Source: Klebsormidium nitens (lineage: Eukaryota; Plantae; Klebsormidiophyceae). From it: a stretch of DNA of 64,000 bases. The notes below the pieces were generated by a model, which saw nothing but the letters and a program-made list of their open reading frames with translations, had not been told where the DNA came from and searched no databases. A program made the position numbers and the translations under genes. The stretch covers positions 1-64,000 of the forward strand of contig DF237265.1 of assembly GCA_000708835.1 (NCBI GenBank), read 5' to 3'. This document shows positions 1 through 13,100 of this stretch, piece by piece (position 1 is the first letter of the stretch; each line of letters starts with the position of its first letter).

Positions 1-299
1 ATCTTCAGCTTGTATTCAACTCCTCGTATATCGCCTCTCCAGCCCGTATCTCTCTTACCCCGAGTCGATTCTGTTCAGCGCCGCTTCACCGGGGGGAAGT
101 AGCGGTACCTCGCCGGGATAGTCTGCATGGCGCGATCAGCGGGGGTGAGGTCTGCTGCGTCCCCCTTGTCCTCGACGCCGTAATCTTCTTCAGCTGCTTG
201 TTCAGCAGCCCCCTCAGCGTCCTCCCCCTCCTCTTCACTCCCCTCCTCCTCGGCTTCGTCGCCGAAGCGTGAGCCTCCCCCTCCCCTGCACCGCAGGGG

Positions 300-1080
300 C
301 TACCCGGTGGTGACATCCATGGGCAATATGGAGACGGCCCCGGCCCAGGCGCAGCGTGCTGGGGCAGAGACGATCTCGAAGAGGTGTGGGCAGTGCACCT
401 GCACCTCTCGCTGCGGGCCCACCGTGGGCTCCGTCAGAAGGTGGGGCTGCACCTCCGCGTTCTCTAGGCCCTCTGCCCCTGGTACCGGGGGTCAGTGACG
501 GGGTACTCCTCGAAGCTAGGAGGAAGGCGCTGCACCGGGCCTGTCTGTGCAGGCCCCGGTCCCTCAGGCGCCTCTGCCGTTGCTGGCGGCGCTGCCTCTC
601 CTGCTCCCTCGTCCGGTGGGGGCCGCTCCCCCTTTGGCCAAAGGCCGGGGGAGGCCCCCCGCGCCGCACGCGATCCTCTTTCGCCTTTGCGCGCATGCGC
701 TCTGCTTCTGAGCCGCGGGCGCGCGCTGCGGGTTCTGTGTCCAGCTGCGCCATGGTGCTGCCAGGGCGCACCTCCGGATAGTCCTCCGGGGTCCCCACAG
801 CCATCACGTCCACTCCCGGCGCCTGGACTGGCAGTAGGTGGGCGCCCCAGGTGGTGAACGGGTCGAAGTCGGGGCTCATGGGGTCGTCCTCCCCCCCCAC
901 TTCCGCGGCAGCGTAGGCAGGCCGGGCCGGTTCTTCGGCGCGTGGCTGCTTCCACTTCTCTGGCCGCTTGTCGAGATGCTTCTCCCAGCACTCGTCTTCG
1001 GTGTGGGAGTCCCGCCGCTTGCAGTGTCCGCAGTAGGCCCCCGGTTTCCTCATGGAGCCTCCACGGGCCTTGGGCTCCTT
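300..1080 (-). pseudogene. Degenerate gag-like retrotransposon ORF with CCHC zinc knuckle
   Basis: The minus ORF 235..1149 contains YCGHCKRRDSHTEDECWEKH (Cx2Cx5Hx4C knuckle, about 988-1032), followed by low-complexity, frameshifted sequence. Confidence 0.6.
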
Positions 1081-1089
1081 GGTGGCACT

Positions 1090-1420
1090 CGGCCCTCGTG
1101 TGCCCGTGCTCGACCGGGTACACCAAGTCGGCACCAACGGGCGCATCATTGCTACAAGGGGCGGACGGGACGCTGTTCAAGGAGCACACTGTCCAGAACT
1201 GCGCCCAGGCTGCCACGACCCCAACATCGACACCACCATCGACAGTGCGGCGGGACACGCCTGCCAGATCTGCAAGAGCTCCGGCCGGCAGGCTACAATG
1301 CTGTTGTGCGACTACTGCCTGGAGGGTTACCACATAAGCTGCCTGGAGCCGGCAGTCAAGGAGGTGCCCAAGGGAGTGTGGCTCTGCCCCAGCTGCACCC
1401 AGAGTCTTCAACCAGGGTGA
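1090..1420 (+). pseudogene. C-terminus of Ty3/gypsy integrase with PHD finger (two frameshifts)
   Basis: Joining frames across about 1140 and 1208 gives VLDRVHQVGTNG/ASLLQGADGTLFKEHTVQNCA/CHDPNIDTTIDSAAGHACQICKSSGRQATMLLCDYCLEGYHISCLEPAVKEVPKGVWLCPSC*, which is a canonical C4HC3 PHD finger. Confidence 0.8.
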
Positions 1421-1450
1421 CTCGCCGGAGCCGCGGGGACTGCGGCAGGC

Positions 1451-1464
1451 GAGTAAGGGGGAAG
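1451..1464 (+). other. Polypurine tract of the LTR element
   Basis: GAGTAAGGGGGAAG lies directly before the TG that starts the LTR and 30 nt after the PHD stop codon. Confidence 0.7.
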
Positions 1465-1971
1465 TGAGTGGGTAATCGCGGGTCTAGCCGGGTTACGCCT
1501 ATAATTTTCTGCATGGCTAGATGCGGAGAGAATAGACCGGAGCGAGCACCGGAGGTCAGTAAGACTGGCGTCTCCGGGCTCATCTGGAGTTGAGAGCGTT
1601 CCACCGGACCCGATGAGGACCGGCAATAGCCGAGTAGCGCACGGCAGCTGCCATGCCGAGGGGAGCCCGTGCCGCAACACGTAGCGCGCGCGCCCGCGGC
1701 CCGGTAGCATAAGGCAGGCGGCTGACAGGTGTCATCCACGCGGAGGTTTCGAGGGTTTCCGAGGCTCCGGTGTCCTGTCGAGTCCGCACGAGGGAGATCC
1801 CCCAACCTAGGACAATAGCCAGTGACGAAGCTAGGTCACACGGGGGAGTCCACATGCTAGGGTTGACAGTAGTTGACCTCCGGTCGAGTGAGGAACTGTA
1901 GCCGGTAGATTGAGCCTCCGGCCGAGTGGTAGTGCTAGTATAACTACCTGCTTCTAGAGTAGTATGACTCA
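1465..1971 (+). mobile_element. 3' LTR (507 bp) of the gypsy element
   Basis: It starts TGAGT right after the PPT and ends ACTCA (inverted termini TG...CA). Its first about 180 bp recur at 2108-2285. Confidence 0.7.
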
Positions 1972-2086
1972 CTTCTCAAGTTGCAAGTTCTCCTCGAGCT
2001 TCCTTGTAAGGACAATGGCGCCCGAGCATGTGAGAAGGACCTGAGCATTCAGCCGTGGTGCATTGGTGTGGAGCTTCGTCTCCGGC

Positions 2087-2106
2087 NNNNNNNNNNNNNN
2101 NNNNNN
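2087..2106. other. Assembly gap (20 N)
   Basis: Run of n characters. Confidence 1.
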
Positions 2107-2285
2107 GTGAGTGGGTAATCGCGGGTCTAGCCGGGTTACGCCTATAAGTTTCTGCATGGCTAGATGCGGAGAGAATAGACCGGAGCGAGCACCGGAGGTC
2201 AGTAAGACTGGCGTCTCCGGGCTCAGAGTTGAGAGCGTTCCACCGGACCCGATGAGGACCGGCAATAGCCGAGTAGCGCACGGCA
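2107..2285 (+). repeat. Partial second copy of the LTR 5' end
   Basis: Near-identical to 1464-1646 (one substitution and a 4-nt TCTG indel), then diverges. Confidence 0.9.
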
Positions 2286-3010
2286 TCGCTGGACCTTGGG
2301 CGCACTTGGTGATATGCTGCCACATAGTAGCTATGCTCCTACATCCTCTCGGGCCAGTTGTACTAAAGCCCGGGCCCAACAAAGCATCTGAGGCCCGTCA
2401 CTCTGCAAGCATCATGCCATGATACTCAAAATCTGTGGAAGCAGAAGCATGGTAAAGCATAAGTTCAAGCAGGCATGCTTGAGAGAAAGGGAAAGGGTGT
2501 ACTCATTCTGAGGTGGCCCCGGCGGTTGGTCATATCAAAAAGTCAGCGACAGCTCGTGCAACAACGAGTTGAAGAGCTTGAAGCGATGCAAAGTAGGTGT
2601 CATAAAATAGCAAAGAAGAAGCGTAGAATTGTACATGTAACCACCCAAGTGAAGAACGGAGTGAGTCACAACTTTCCTACAGCGGAGTATCTAGGCACAA
2701 TGCTTGAGCCTTGTAGAGCGCCTCAACTATGTGTTGGGGGGAGCGCCTATGTTATGATGTTATGCCTGCACTTAATACCAATCACTGTACTGCCGAGTGC
2801 GCCGCCATTCCGCGGCGAGGAACTGGTTTTCCTGTCGCCGAACTGTGCAGGACTTGTGCTAGACCGGTGATGCATATGAGTGCAATGTGGGATCATGATT
2901 GGCCAGCAGTGGGTGCTAAACGAAATTCGAACTCGAGTAATTTGCCGGATGGCTTCCATATCACCATATAGGCGGCATTTACTAGGATACACTGCCAACC
3001 GTCATGTAAG

Positions 3011-3477
3011 TTTTATTAGATTTAGATTTAGATGCTTTAACGTCGGTTTGGAGCCATGGTCGGCTAAGTCGACGATTCTATCTATTCAACTGGAACTCTG
3101 CACTAAGCTAGACCTCACTGCAAAGCTTAAGTGCAAATACCTCCCTAATGCATATGTATTCTGCGAATTAAGGAACGACTTCAGGCTTCCTTCTCTATCC
3201 TCAAAGATGAGATCGGACAGTCTTCTAAGGTCGCTAGATATACGGGACAATTGAACACGAAATGGACCACGTCTTCTATCTGACCGATCGCACACAGCGT
3301 ACAACATCTTTCTGCACGAGGCTTCCCTTGCCAAGCTCCGGTCTCTATAACCAAACGATGAGCCCCGACTCTGAATCTGGCTAGCGTAAACAAGAACGTA
3401 GCATGGTCAATCTCATCCAGGTAAGACTCGTTCGAGTATCCCTGCTTCACATCCCCAAAGTAAGTGCAGTACTTTAT
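3011..3477 (-). mobile_element. 5'-truncated non-LTR retrotransposon (LINE) 3' end
   Basis: Minus strand reads KYCTYFGDVKQGYSNESYL...LARFRVGAHRLVIETGAW...RCCTLCAIGQIEDVVHFVFNCPVY, then a frameshift to DLRRL...LGRYLHLSFAVR* (stop 3086). This is a typical post-RT CCHC tail. It ends in (ATCTAA)3 plus AATAAA at 3011-3033. Confidence 0.8.
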
Positions 3478-4123
3478 TCATGCTAGTGGTCGCGTATGAG
3501 CCTCATAGAAACATTATGTGTTCGAGTTTTCCGATTATATTGCATTCACCAATAATCTCGGTATTATGTTTCACTTTATGATCTTTGTCGACTTGTGGAG
3601 CGATCTGCGCAAGGTTCCAGGTTCTTCACCTTCTTCATGGGATTGTATTAGTCGAGATTATTACTTTGCATGATATCTGGTAAGAAAGAAGGTGCATGAT
3701 CGTGTATAAGTTAAAGGCCAAGTTTCTCATCTATGGACTCCTAGTAGCGACTCAGCGGCTACTACTTCGTTCGTACCTAGCGCATCCGACAAACTGGGCA
3801 CTCAAACCTGATACGAGGCTGGGGACCGTCACCAATGGTGCATAACTGGTTCAGTTTCCGGTCCATTCTTGTGAAATGCGACCGGACACGCACACAACGA
3901 TCTTACGATTGAACTAATAGCCACGCACCATGAGAACCATATGTCAGAGGATTTGGGGCTTCCAACACACCTTTCCTACAAGTTTTCAGTAGAGTGCTCT
4001 ATGTTTTTAGTATACAGCCTTTGCAACCGACCATCTAAATTGTATCTTCGGGTGCTACATGCCCATCGGCCACACATATTTCATACCCTATCGTACTTAC
4101 ACCGCGTGATGCAATTAAGCACA

Positions 4124-7100
4124 TCAACTGGAGAAGAGAAATGCGAGGTCCTCTGCAGTCAGGCGCCCAAGAGCCTCTGCGGACCCCCCAACGGTTCTAT
4201 AAAACAAGGAATCAGAAGGATTAATTATGGCTAGCAGCAAACGTTCGGGTGAATGCATCACAAGCGGAACAGTACTCAATCAAAACTCGACAAAAGTTTC
4301 AGGATCACCTGAGCAGCCCTGCACAATCAGGTGCGTCCCTGAAGAACACACTTATACTCAAGTACGGAACTCCAAGCGTCCTCGAGCTTGGGACCCCTCC
4401 GTGACGAGCTTAGACTCTCGGACCCAGACTATGAAGCATTCTCAAAGAAGATTTACCGGGCAGGCGAGGTTCGATGGGGCATTAAAGCCGAGTCGGCTGC
4501 CGGTTGCCCAGCGCTCTGATTGCGCTGGCCATTGCAAGATCCGCAACCCGTCCAGCGGCGGACCAACCAATCTCCTAGAGCACAGCCACGAAATGATTGA
4601 GCTTTTAGGCACTCACCCGTCGAACACTAGCTGCTTCTTCTCCTGCAGCTTCAGGATGCGTTCCTCAATAGTGTTCTCGATGACGAAGCGGGTGACCCTG
4701 AATACAGAAAGGAGAAACGGTATCTGGCAACAGTATCGACTGCAACGACAACAGGCAGGATGCTGAAGGCTGGAAAAGCACACGCCCTATGTAGGAAGGC
4801 GAGTTCTGAAACCTCCTGACTGCGAAACTAAGCGTCAATCAATCTGCCACAACAGAATCAGGTTCCAAGCTGCAAAGAAATGCAACGCGTTAACGTGTGG
4901 TATTCTACAAATACCATCTTGGCAACCAACTTCGTGCGATTCGTTCAAATAAACTTGGGTCAGGCAGCCAAGTTTGATTGAAGCTGCAGAGAATTAGCAG
5001 ATTCGACCTCCTATGTGCTTACTGGATGGGTTTGTATTGCCCAAGCCGGTGGATGCGATCCTGCGCCTGCTGCTCGACTGCGGGGTTCCACCTGGACGCA
5101 ACAAGTGACGCATGGCAGCCGTCAAAAAATGACACGTGGCTCATCAGGGGCATGGCTTTTTAGGGCGAAATGCCCTTGCTTCAGTTGCCTAGACTAGATT
5201 AGCACAGCCTAGAAACAGGGGCCTCTGCTATTCTTCGCGTCCAACGCGTCCATTGCCACACGGGGAAGGTCACCGAGCAAAAGGACGCTTTGAAGCGGGA
5301 CTCGACTCAGAGATGGAGAAACAGAGCAGTGACTGCGTTTTTCAGATGTTTTGTGTCCGCTCAGATGCATATTGTGCCGTTCTAAGGGTCCACAATGCGT
5401 CCTAAGTAAAACTCCCTCAAAGAAAGTGCCAAGGGTACAATTCAGGCTTTACGGTCCAAGCAGGTCGAGACTGTCGCCACAAGAGGCGCTGCAAACTCAA
5501 CCCGCAAAAGCCAAAACCAGAGTGGTTTCAGGAGGGCGAATCTAGTCGAAAGTTGCTTTATAGGGGCAGTCGTTGATCGGCAGAAATCTTGCTTCTGCAA
5601 CTGGCGAGGAGTACGACTCGTGTCAGAACACATTTTGGCAACCCTTGCATCAAGGAAGCAGTGTCCGCGAGAGTGACTGACCAAGGGTCCATGAGGAAGA
5701 CGCGGGAGGCGACCGTCAAGTTAAGGGCCACGCCGCCAGCCTTGAGGCTCATCAGAAACACCTGCAGAGAAACGGTGGGCCAGTCTAAATCAGGCGTAGC
5801 AAAACGGAACCCACAAAATGACACGGTCTGAAGGCCGGAAACAATGACATGCCAGCAGATATTTCCCAGTCAGTCGTGATTGGTGAGAAGCCAGACCGTC
5901 GAGCAAGCGCTGAAGGTAAAGAAACAATAGATAACAGCGGGAGGCGGGATCGTCACAGGAAGGAAAGATGAAGGGAACCAATTCTAACTTCAATCGCGGG
6001 AGTCAGAATAGCAGAAAATTCGAAAACACACCACGTCGGCATATCGTCCAGTATACCCCTGGCCTTAAGCTCCCCCGTGCCTTAAATCTTTGATTTGCAT
6101 TCAGAATCTATCTGAGGGTGCAAACCCACCTTGGCGTCCGGGTCGTTATTGTGGTTCTGGTACATGCGGTCGCGCTATTCAATCCAGGAATCAGAATCTC
6201 AAGGTTACTGAGCCCGAACTCCGATTCCCAAAACTACGTAAGCCTCGTGCAGAGATTTCCCAGATGTTTCAAAAATAACTTCGACAGTGCAGACCCACCT
6301 TGACGTCGGGGTCGTTGGTGAAGTCCTGGATCATGCGGTCGCGATGCTCCATGGACATGGAGCCGTCCAGCTTCACGCACTTGATGCCCGCCTTCTCCAG
6401 CCGGAAGTGGCACAGGTCCAGCATGCTCGTGAACTGGCTGAACACCAGGCCCTTCGCGGACGGGTCGTCCTCCGTCATCAGCGCTATCTCCTCGCGCTGC
6501 GGAGATGGAAGAAAGGATTCGGTCGAGATTGGTTCAAGGGTCGGCTTGGCTTTCCAAATGACGCGTTGAGCCGGAACGGAACGAAAGGGTTCAAACGGAG
6601 TCGGGAACCTGCCTCGGTTGTAGAAGTACGGAAGCCGAATCCTCTTGATGGAGCGAGAACCAATATTGAATTTGGGTGATCAACCCAAGAAGTTTGACGG
6701 CAGCTCGGGAGGTTGGTGACGATCGGGTACGTTCATCGGCTATAAAATGACGCCAGTCCAGTTGTCGAACGTCGATTAAGTACGCCCGTTGACAAACCAC
6801 TTGAGATTGGCTTCGCCGTTTTCCACATCCACCCAAAACCCGTAGGTTCCTCACCAAAGACTTCGGATGTGACCATGTTGTAAAGGCGATGTCAAAGCGA
6901 CTCCGGAAAAGAATAAAAGAAAATGGAAGTGCGGGGCCCTGCACTCACGAGCGCCTCGATCTTGGTGCTCGTCTGGAACCCCCCCAGGTTGATCCGGTTC
7001 AGGATGCTCGTGCGCTTCTTGCTCATGCTCGCAGCGGTCGCTACCGCTGCTGCTTGCGCCGATCCTGCGGCGCAGAAAGCAGACAGCACTGAGTAATGAC

Positions 7101-10100
7101 GCCCTTTGCAACGCTCAAAGAGCTCTCGACAAAGTGCGAAAGCACCTCAGACCGAAGCGCCAAAAGAAAAGGTGTGTCGAAAAGAGAAGTTGCTAACGCT
7201 CAGCCTCCACTGAACGTTCAAAAAGCGTTCCAATTTTCACCAGATGTGCCGCCCGCCAAACTTCCTTCTCTGCAGGGTCACACTTGAAAACGTCGTGCAA
7301 CAAGACCGAAGAACTGTGCCGAACTTTTGGACGCAACACGCCGGCTGCTCCGCCCGAAAACCCCGATGGCGTGGAACTAGGGGTGGGGAGAGCTTCACCT
7401 GTGAGGTCGACGGTGAGGGGTCGTTGGCAGGTCGGGCAGCCCGCCCCTCGAGCGGTCTCCGCATCCCCACCGGCGCCTGCCACGAACTCGCTCAGGCACG
7501 CTCGGCAGAAGCTGTGCTTGCAGGCCGTCACCTACACGCATATTCGATGATCCGTCCACCGGTTGATAATCAATGACTGTATGCTCTAGAAGTAATTGCG
7601 AAAAAAAGGGGCGAACGACGTAGAGGGAGAAACCACGATAGTGAGCGTCGGAACAGTCTCCAGCAGAACGAGACGGACCCCGAGTTGGGTTCATTTCGTG
7701 CACACTGCGTCTCTGGAGTTCTCCCTTATAAGAGCAACGGAATCATCTGCCAACCGAGGCTCTCCTACCAGCTGTCACCGGAGGGTTTGGTACCGTTTGA
7801 ACCAAATGGTACCCACTGCCACAACATTGCGTCGCTCTTCACGACCCTTGTCTTTTCAAGCGACTAATGCAAAGCAGACAATCTCCGAGCCACCTCTAAG
7901 CTTTGTAACTAGGCGTTGGAAAAAGCGGTCTCCTCACCACTGCGTCCTCTGCGGGGTCGTGGCAGATCCCGCACACGTCGTTGGGCTCCTCCTTCTCCTG
8001 GCCGGCCGAGGCAGGCGGGGCCGTCGCGGAATGGACCACCAGGTACGGGTGGTCCACGGCCTGCAGTGTAGATAGGCACCGTTCAAGCATAGAGATGCTT
8101 TGTTTTGCATCATGAACGAGTGATACTTCAGGCAAGCAGTTGCTCTATTTGAGCTTGCGGTGTGGACGGGCAGGAGTTCAGTCAATGGGTTATTCCGGCG
8201 GCGTGAACTTGCCTGGATTCGGCTGATGCGAGGCTCAGGATAGGAAGGAACCATGATGCGAACCATGAATCTAATCTAATCTGACATGGATAAAGCTAGC
8301 CCAAAAAGATAGCTGGATTTAAAAACCCTCTTGTCAGATTTTTGGGTACTACGTTGGCTCAAGGGCCTGCTCAAAACCAGACTCCTAAAAAACCGCGTTC
8401 CGCCCACAAGACGGGACTGAGACTGCCGAGACAAGAACCAAGGAGATCAAGAAAGCTGGCCCTCACCTGGCGCAGGCGGATCAGGAGGTCGAAGATGTGC
8501 GCGTAGTTGTTGAGCACGGTGCCCGAGTCGACGTACGTGGCGAACTGCGACTGGCTCTGCGTGTAGAGCGCCTCGTAGAAGTCGGCCTCGCGCGGGTCGA
8601 ACGCGTCCTTGCGCAGCAGCGTCTGAAGAAGAGGCGAGCGAGAGTTAGTTCCTGAGTTTGTCCTTGACATCCTTTCGAATCATCAGCTGACCAGATACCT
8701 GACCCACACTGCGTTTTAGGCGGTGTCTTGAGCTGAGTCCAAAGCCGAAGTACAGGGAGAACCCTCGGGCCATTTGCGCCAATATCCTGGTCGGCTTTGA
8801 CTGGCCGGCCATGTTAAGCACTGCCAAGTGGGCAACGCCATCACACAGATGCTCCCGAAACGACGTCAACCGAGCTTCTCCGAAAGCGACTTGGAGCAAC
8901 TTCTTGACTTACAGCGCGCATCAGCACTGAACTTCCCAAAATCTCACACCCAAACCACACCGCAGCTTTGCCTCCACTCATCGTGAGGCAGGCGGGAGCG
9001 CAAAGAGACGGACTCTCGCGCAGCATGGAGACAGCCCGAGGTGTCTCAAGATCGCATTCTATAGAGTGTACAAAAAGCATACAGAAGGTCTGCCTCCAAC
9101 CTAACAAGGCCGATCAGCATAAAGATGGATGCTTACGCAGCGCGGAGGCAGCGCGAGGTCTGCGGCGCGCTCAACCTTGGTCCGGCGCAGGAGGGCCGAG
9201 TCGAGGACCTTGGCCTTCAGGCGCAGCATCGCCTTGCGGCCCTCGCCAACGTAGCCAAATTTCTTGATGGGGTTGGCCACGTACTGCAGGCAGGGAAAAG
9301 AGGAGTGACTGAGCAGATTGAGAGATTGATGTGCTTCATGGAACATGGAAGAGATTGAGCGACACAGAGCAGATTGAACGAGCCCTGACTTTGCAAGGGA
9401 GACACGTTGACTAAGCAGATCAAAAGGTAGCGTTGAGTTCGTCATTGCAACAACAACTCGGTGGGGCCGGCCGTTCTGCATGTAGGCAGGAACGGAGCGA
9501 CGTCAAGAGAAGAACAGTGGCATGGATACGACACTGCAGGACCTTATCTGCATGGAGCAACTGGCACAAACAACCGGCAAGGCACAGAAGAACTGACGTC
9601 CAGAGGCGCAATGTCGGCAAAAACGCAAGAAAGAAGGCCGTTCATTCCGCAGAGCTTGACTGGTCGTACTGCACGAGGACAGCTTAGAGACAGAGAAGTC
9701 GTCGAAACGGCTTATAACAAAAGGTACGCCAGTACGAGCAGCACGATGCAGACTCCAACAACAAAAAGGACGGCGTTAAAGTGCTCGACAAAATGCGTGC
9801 AGAGACAGACCGGACTGACGACAAAGAGCGTTTGCTTCTGACAGAGGTGCTAGAGTGAATCAAATGTCGAACAGCGAAGGGATGAGGGGTGCAAGGTGCT
9901 GGTTCAAGCGGATCCGAAGAACGGGCCCGAAAAGACTACTTTGAGCGCAAACGCAGAGACCTACAAGCGACATTAACCACGATTCACGACAACTCAAGCA
10001 CAGGCAATCCACTTAGACGCGGTCCAGAGGGCACGGAGCAGGTCAAAGCAAGCACTAATGGATACGTCTAACAGCAAGAAGACGTCATAGGATTTCAAAC

Positions 10101-13100
10101 CAAACGGAACAGTGCAACAAGGGAAAGACTATGGGGGAAACCAAAGAGTGAAAGGACGACCAGCTCCTAGAAGACGGAAAGGCTCCAAAGATTGGAACCA
10201 CAGATACGGTTGACAATAAGACAAGCAGCCCGTAGGAGACAAGTCCATTTTTTGGCCATCCGGAACCATTGAAGCACATTGAAGCCTGGGCTTGCTTCAG
10301 ACACATGATCGTCAATACCAAGATGGCCAAGAGCGGGCTAAGAGAAAAGTCGTTTTAGACAAGCGAGGCAGAATCTAACATGACCACCAAAGTCGGATCA
10401 GCAGGGCAGTCGGCACATCAGACTTTGGGTGTGTTAAGCTCATTTCATAGGAACCTCGAAAGGCTCCGTCGATTGGCTGTTCTTATGTTGTTTTTGTAAT
10501 CAATTGTGCCGGAGCCTGCTGATGACCACATTCTCAAGTTTCAAATATAACATGATCAGATCGCAACTGAGAAGGCAAAGGAAGCGACAATCTAACAAAG
10601 ATGAGGCGTTTGGTGGAATGGGGCGGCGTGTGCATCAAACATGGGTGTATGGCTAATCTCAGTTGCAATCGCAAGGATCGCATCGATTGGCTGTTCTTAT
10701 TTTCTGTGTGTTTCATCATACGCACTGCGCTTCCACTGCCTGCTGATAAAGACACTCTTAAACAAGAGAAAATAACAACAGAATTCAAGATTAAGAATAA
10801 AGAGCAGAAGGTGGCTGACAAAGACGAGGCGGTTCGATGGAGTGGGGCGGCGTGTGCATCAAAGAATGGGTGTATGTCTAATCTCAGTTGCAACCGCAAG
10901 GGTCGCATCGATTGGCTGTTCTTATTTGCTTTGTGTTTCATCATACGCACTGCGCTTCCACTGCACTAATCGAGCAACCAAGCACATATAAGTCTGAGCA
11001 AAAAACTCAGCAAGCAACAGCTTGGTGAAGCAGAAACGAAAGCACACAAGCCCGGACAGCCAGCCGGACTGGATGTCGCAGGCAACGTGGCTGAAAAGTT
11101 GGCATTCGCTTGCACAACAGATAAATGACGAATCCTCATGCAAGGAACGAGCCCAAACAGAAACCCCGCATCATCTCTTACTACTTGTACAGCTACGGAG
11201 AACATACAAAGGGACGGACCTTATCAAACGGCCCGCAATCAGGCTAGTAAAAAATGTGCATGGAAACAAGCAGAGACCAAAACTCCCACTCAGATTTAAG
11301 AGCCACAGGCATGCTCCTACATCCACGATCAACATATCAGATTCGAACCGTGATGTGTAATTCACGCAAAAATGGTCCCAAAGACATCCTGGCAGAAATG
11401 CCTCACTCAGTAGAACTGCGACCCTTGAATTCCTGACATCTGAAACACCTCAAGACCTCAATCCCCAGGCCACACGACAAACCCGAAAGGCCAACACCAC
11501 AGAAAAACTTCTCACCTTGTTCCACCAGCAGAAGTGGTGCAGCGGCGAGTGCCCGCAGTCGTCGCACTTGCGCCAGTCCTTGCCGAAGCGGTAGTCGAGC
11601 GACTTGCAGTCGCACTTCTTGCAGAAGTAGTACGCATACGGATCCATGCGCAAGAAACGCACGAGCGAGTACAGCTCCCCAACGCGGTTCTGGAGGGGCG
11701 TTCCGCTGAGCGCCCACTTGAACTCGGACTGGATAGCAAAGACCGCCTTGGCCGTGCTGCACCGACGGTCCTTGATGCTGTGTGCCTGCGAGCAAAGAAA
11801 GGCGGACTCAACGACCAGGTATACAAGATCACGAAGAAGCTTCTCATGGAAAGATGTAGTGGGTTGGTGTCACTCTGCTGCATCCAAAGACAGGAACAAC
11901 GAGAAAGAAAGCATTAAAACGGATTAGTGGACTTAATGTCACTCTGTTGCATCCAATAATAAAGAAGATAAAGAAGGCAAACAGAAGAGTGAATCAAAAC
12001 CAGCGACCATCCCTGCCTCGCCTGACCGTAACTGGTGCAGTGCCAAGATACGAGAACGACAACTGAAGACAGTAGAGGTTTCGCAAACCAAAGATAGCTT
12101 GCGAATGACTCAATCAGAGGTTGGAACTCAAAAAGACAAGAACCATCAGAAACGGCGAGAGACTTCCCACCTCGTCGAGCACGATCCGCGCCCACTGCAC
12201 CGAGTGCAGCGCCGAGAAGCCCGACTTCTCCGTGCTCGCCGCCGGCCCCTCGTCCACCGCATCGATCGCCGCCTCCACCGCCGTCGCCAAATTTGTCGAC
12301 GTCACTCGCCCGAACCGCACGCCCCGCCTGCCGCCGCGACCAAACGGCATCCCCTTTCCGCTGGTGGAAAGTTCTTCGTCCTCGGGGGAGGGGTCTGAGG
12401 CGGCCTTCTTGCCCTTTCCGGAGGCTTTGGAGGGTTTGGAAGCGGCAGCTTTGCCCTTGAGCTTCGCCTTAGGGTCGTCCTCGAACTCAAAGGGCTCCTC
12501 AAGGGGGGACTTGCCTTTGGTAGCTGCGGCGGACTTCTGCAGAAGGGGGACCCCGTCTTGTTGAATTAACGAGACTTGCATTTTTTGTTCGTGTACCAGA
12601 TTTGACCCAAACGGAGATGAAAAAAATCATTGCAATGAGGGACACCTCAATTCCGTGAGAAAACGGTCGGGCTGCCATGGGAGCTGCCGAATGTTGTGAT
12701 GGTACGTAACACTTGGATGTGGACAAGCAACCCAAGGGCTTTTAGACACCTCTCTCACTCTGCGGATGCATTCAGCTGCGACTACCATGGAAAGGCTGAC
12801 GCAGATAGTTAGATCCGACAACGGTCAAAACATAGGACTCTTTCTGCAACGTCTTCAACAAAGTGTCAACTCAAACTAAACCCATGAAAAGCCGAAGGAT
12901 CGCTTCTGAAAGAGCGGGAGCAATGTCTGCGACTGCAAAACTCCAGCTCAGAAGTGAGCCCAAGGCTACAAGACATAACCTACCACAACGCTTCGAAAAC
13001 CATACCCAACTCTTATTATTACCAACCAACCTGAAACCTGAACCGGACACCACAAAAGCGCGTACCTTGTAGTTGCGGGGCAGCTTCTTCTGCTGCAGCG

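Noticed and set aside
2016-2028. TGGCGCCCGAGCA, resembling a tRNA-Lys primer binding site
   Set aside because: It lies 45 nt beyond the ACTCA LTR end and matches only about 10 nt. Accepting it would require an LTR end (GGACA) that does not mirror the TGAGT start.
2475-2998. ORFs between the LTR copy and the LINE tail
   Set aside because: No motifs, and overlapping ORFs on both strands suggest noise.
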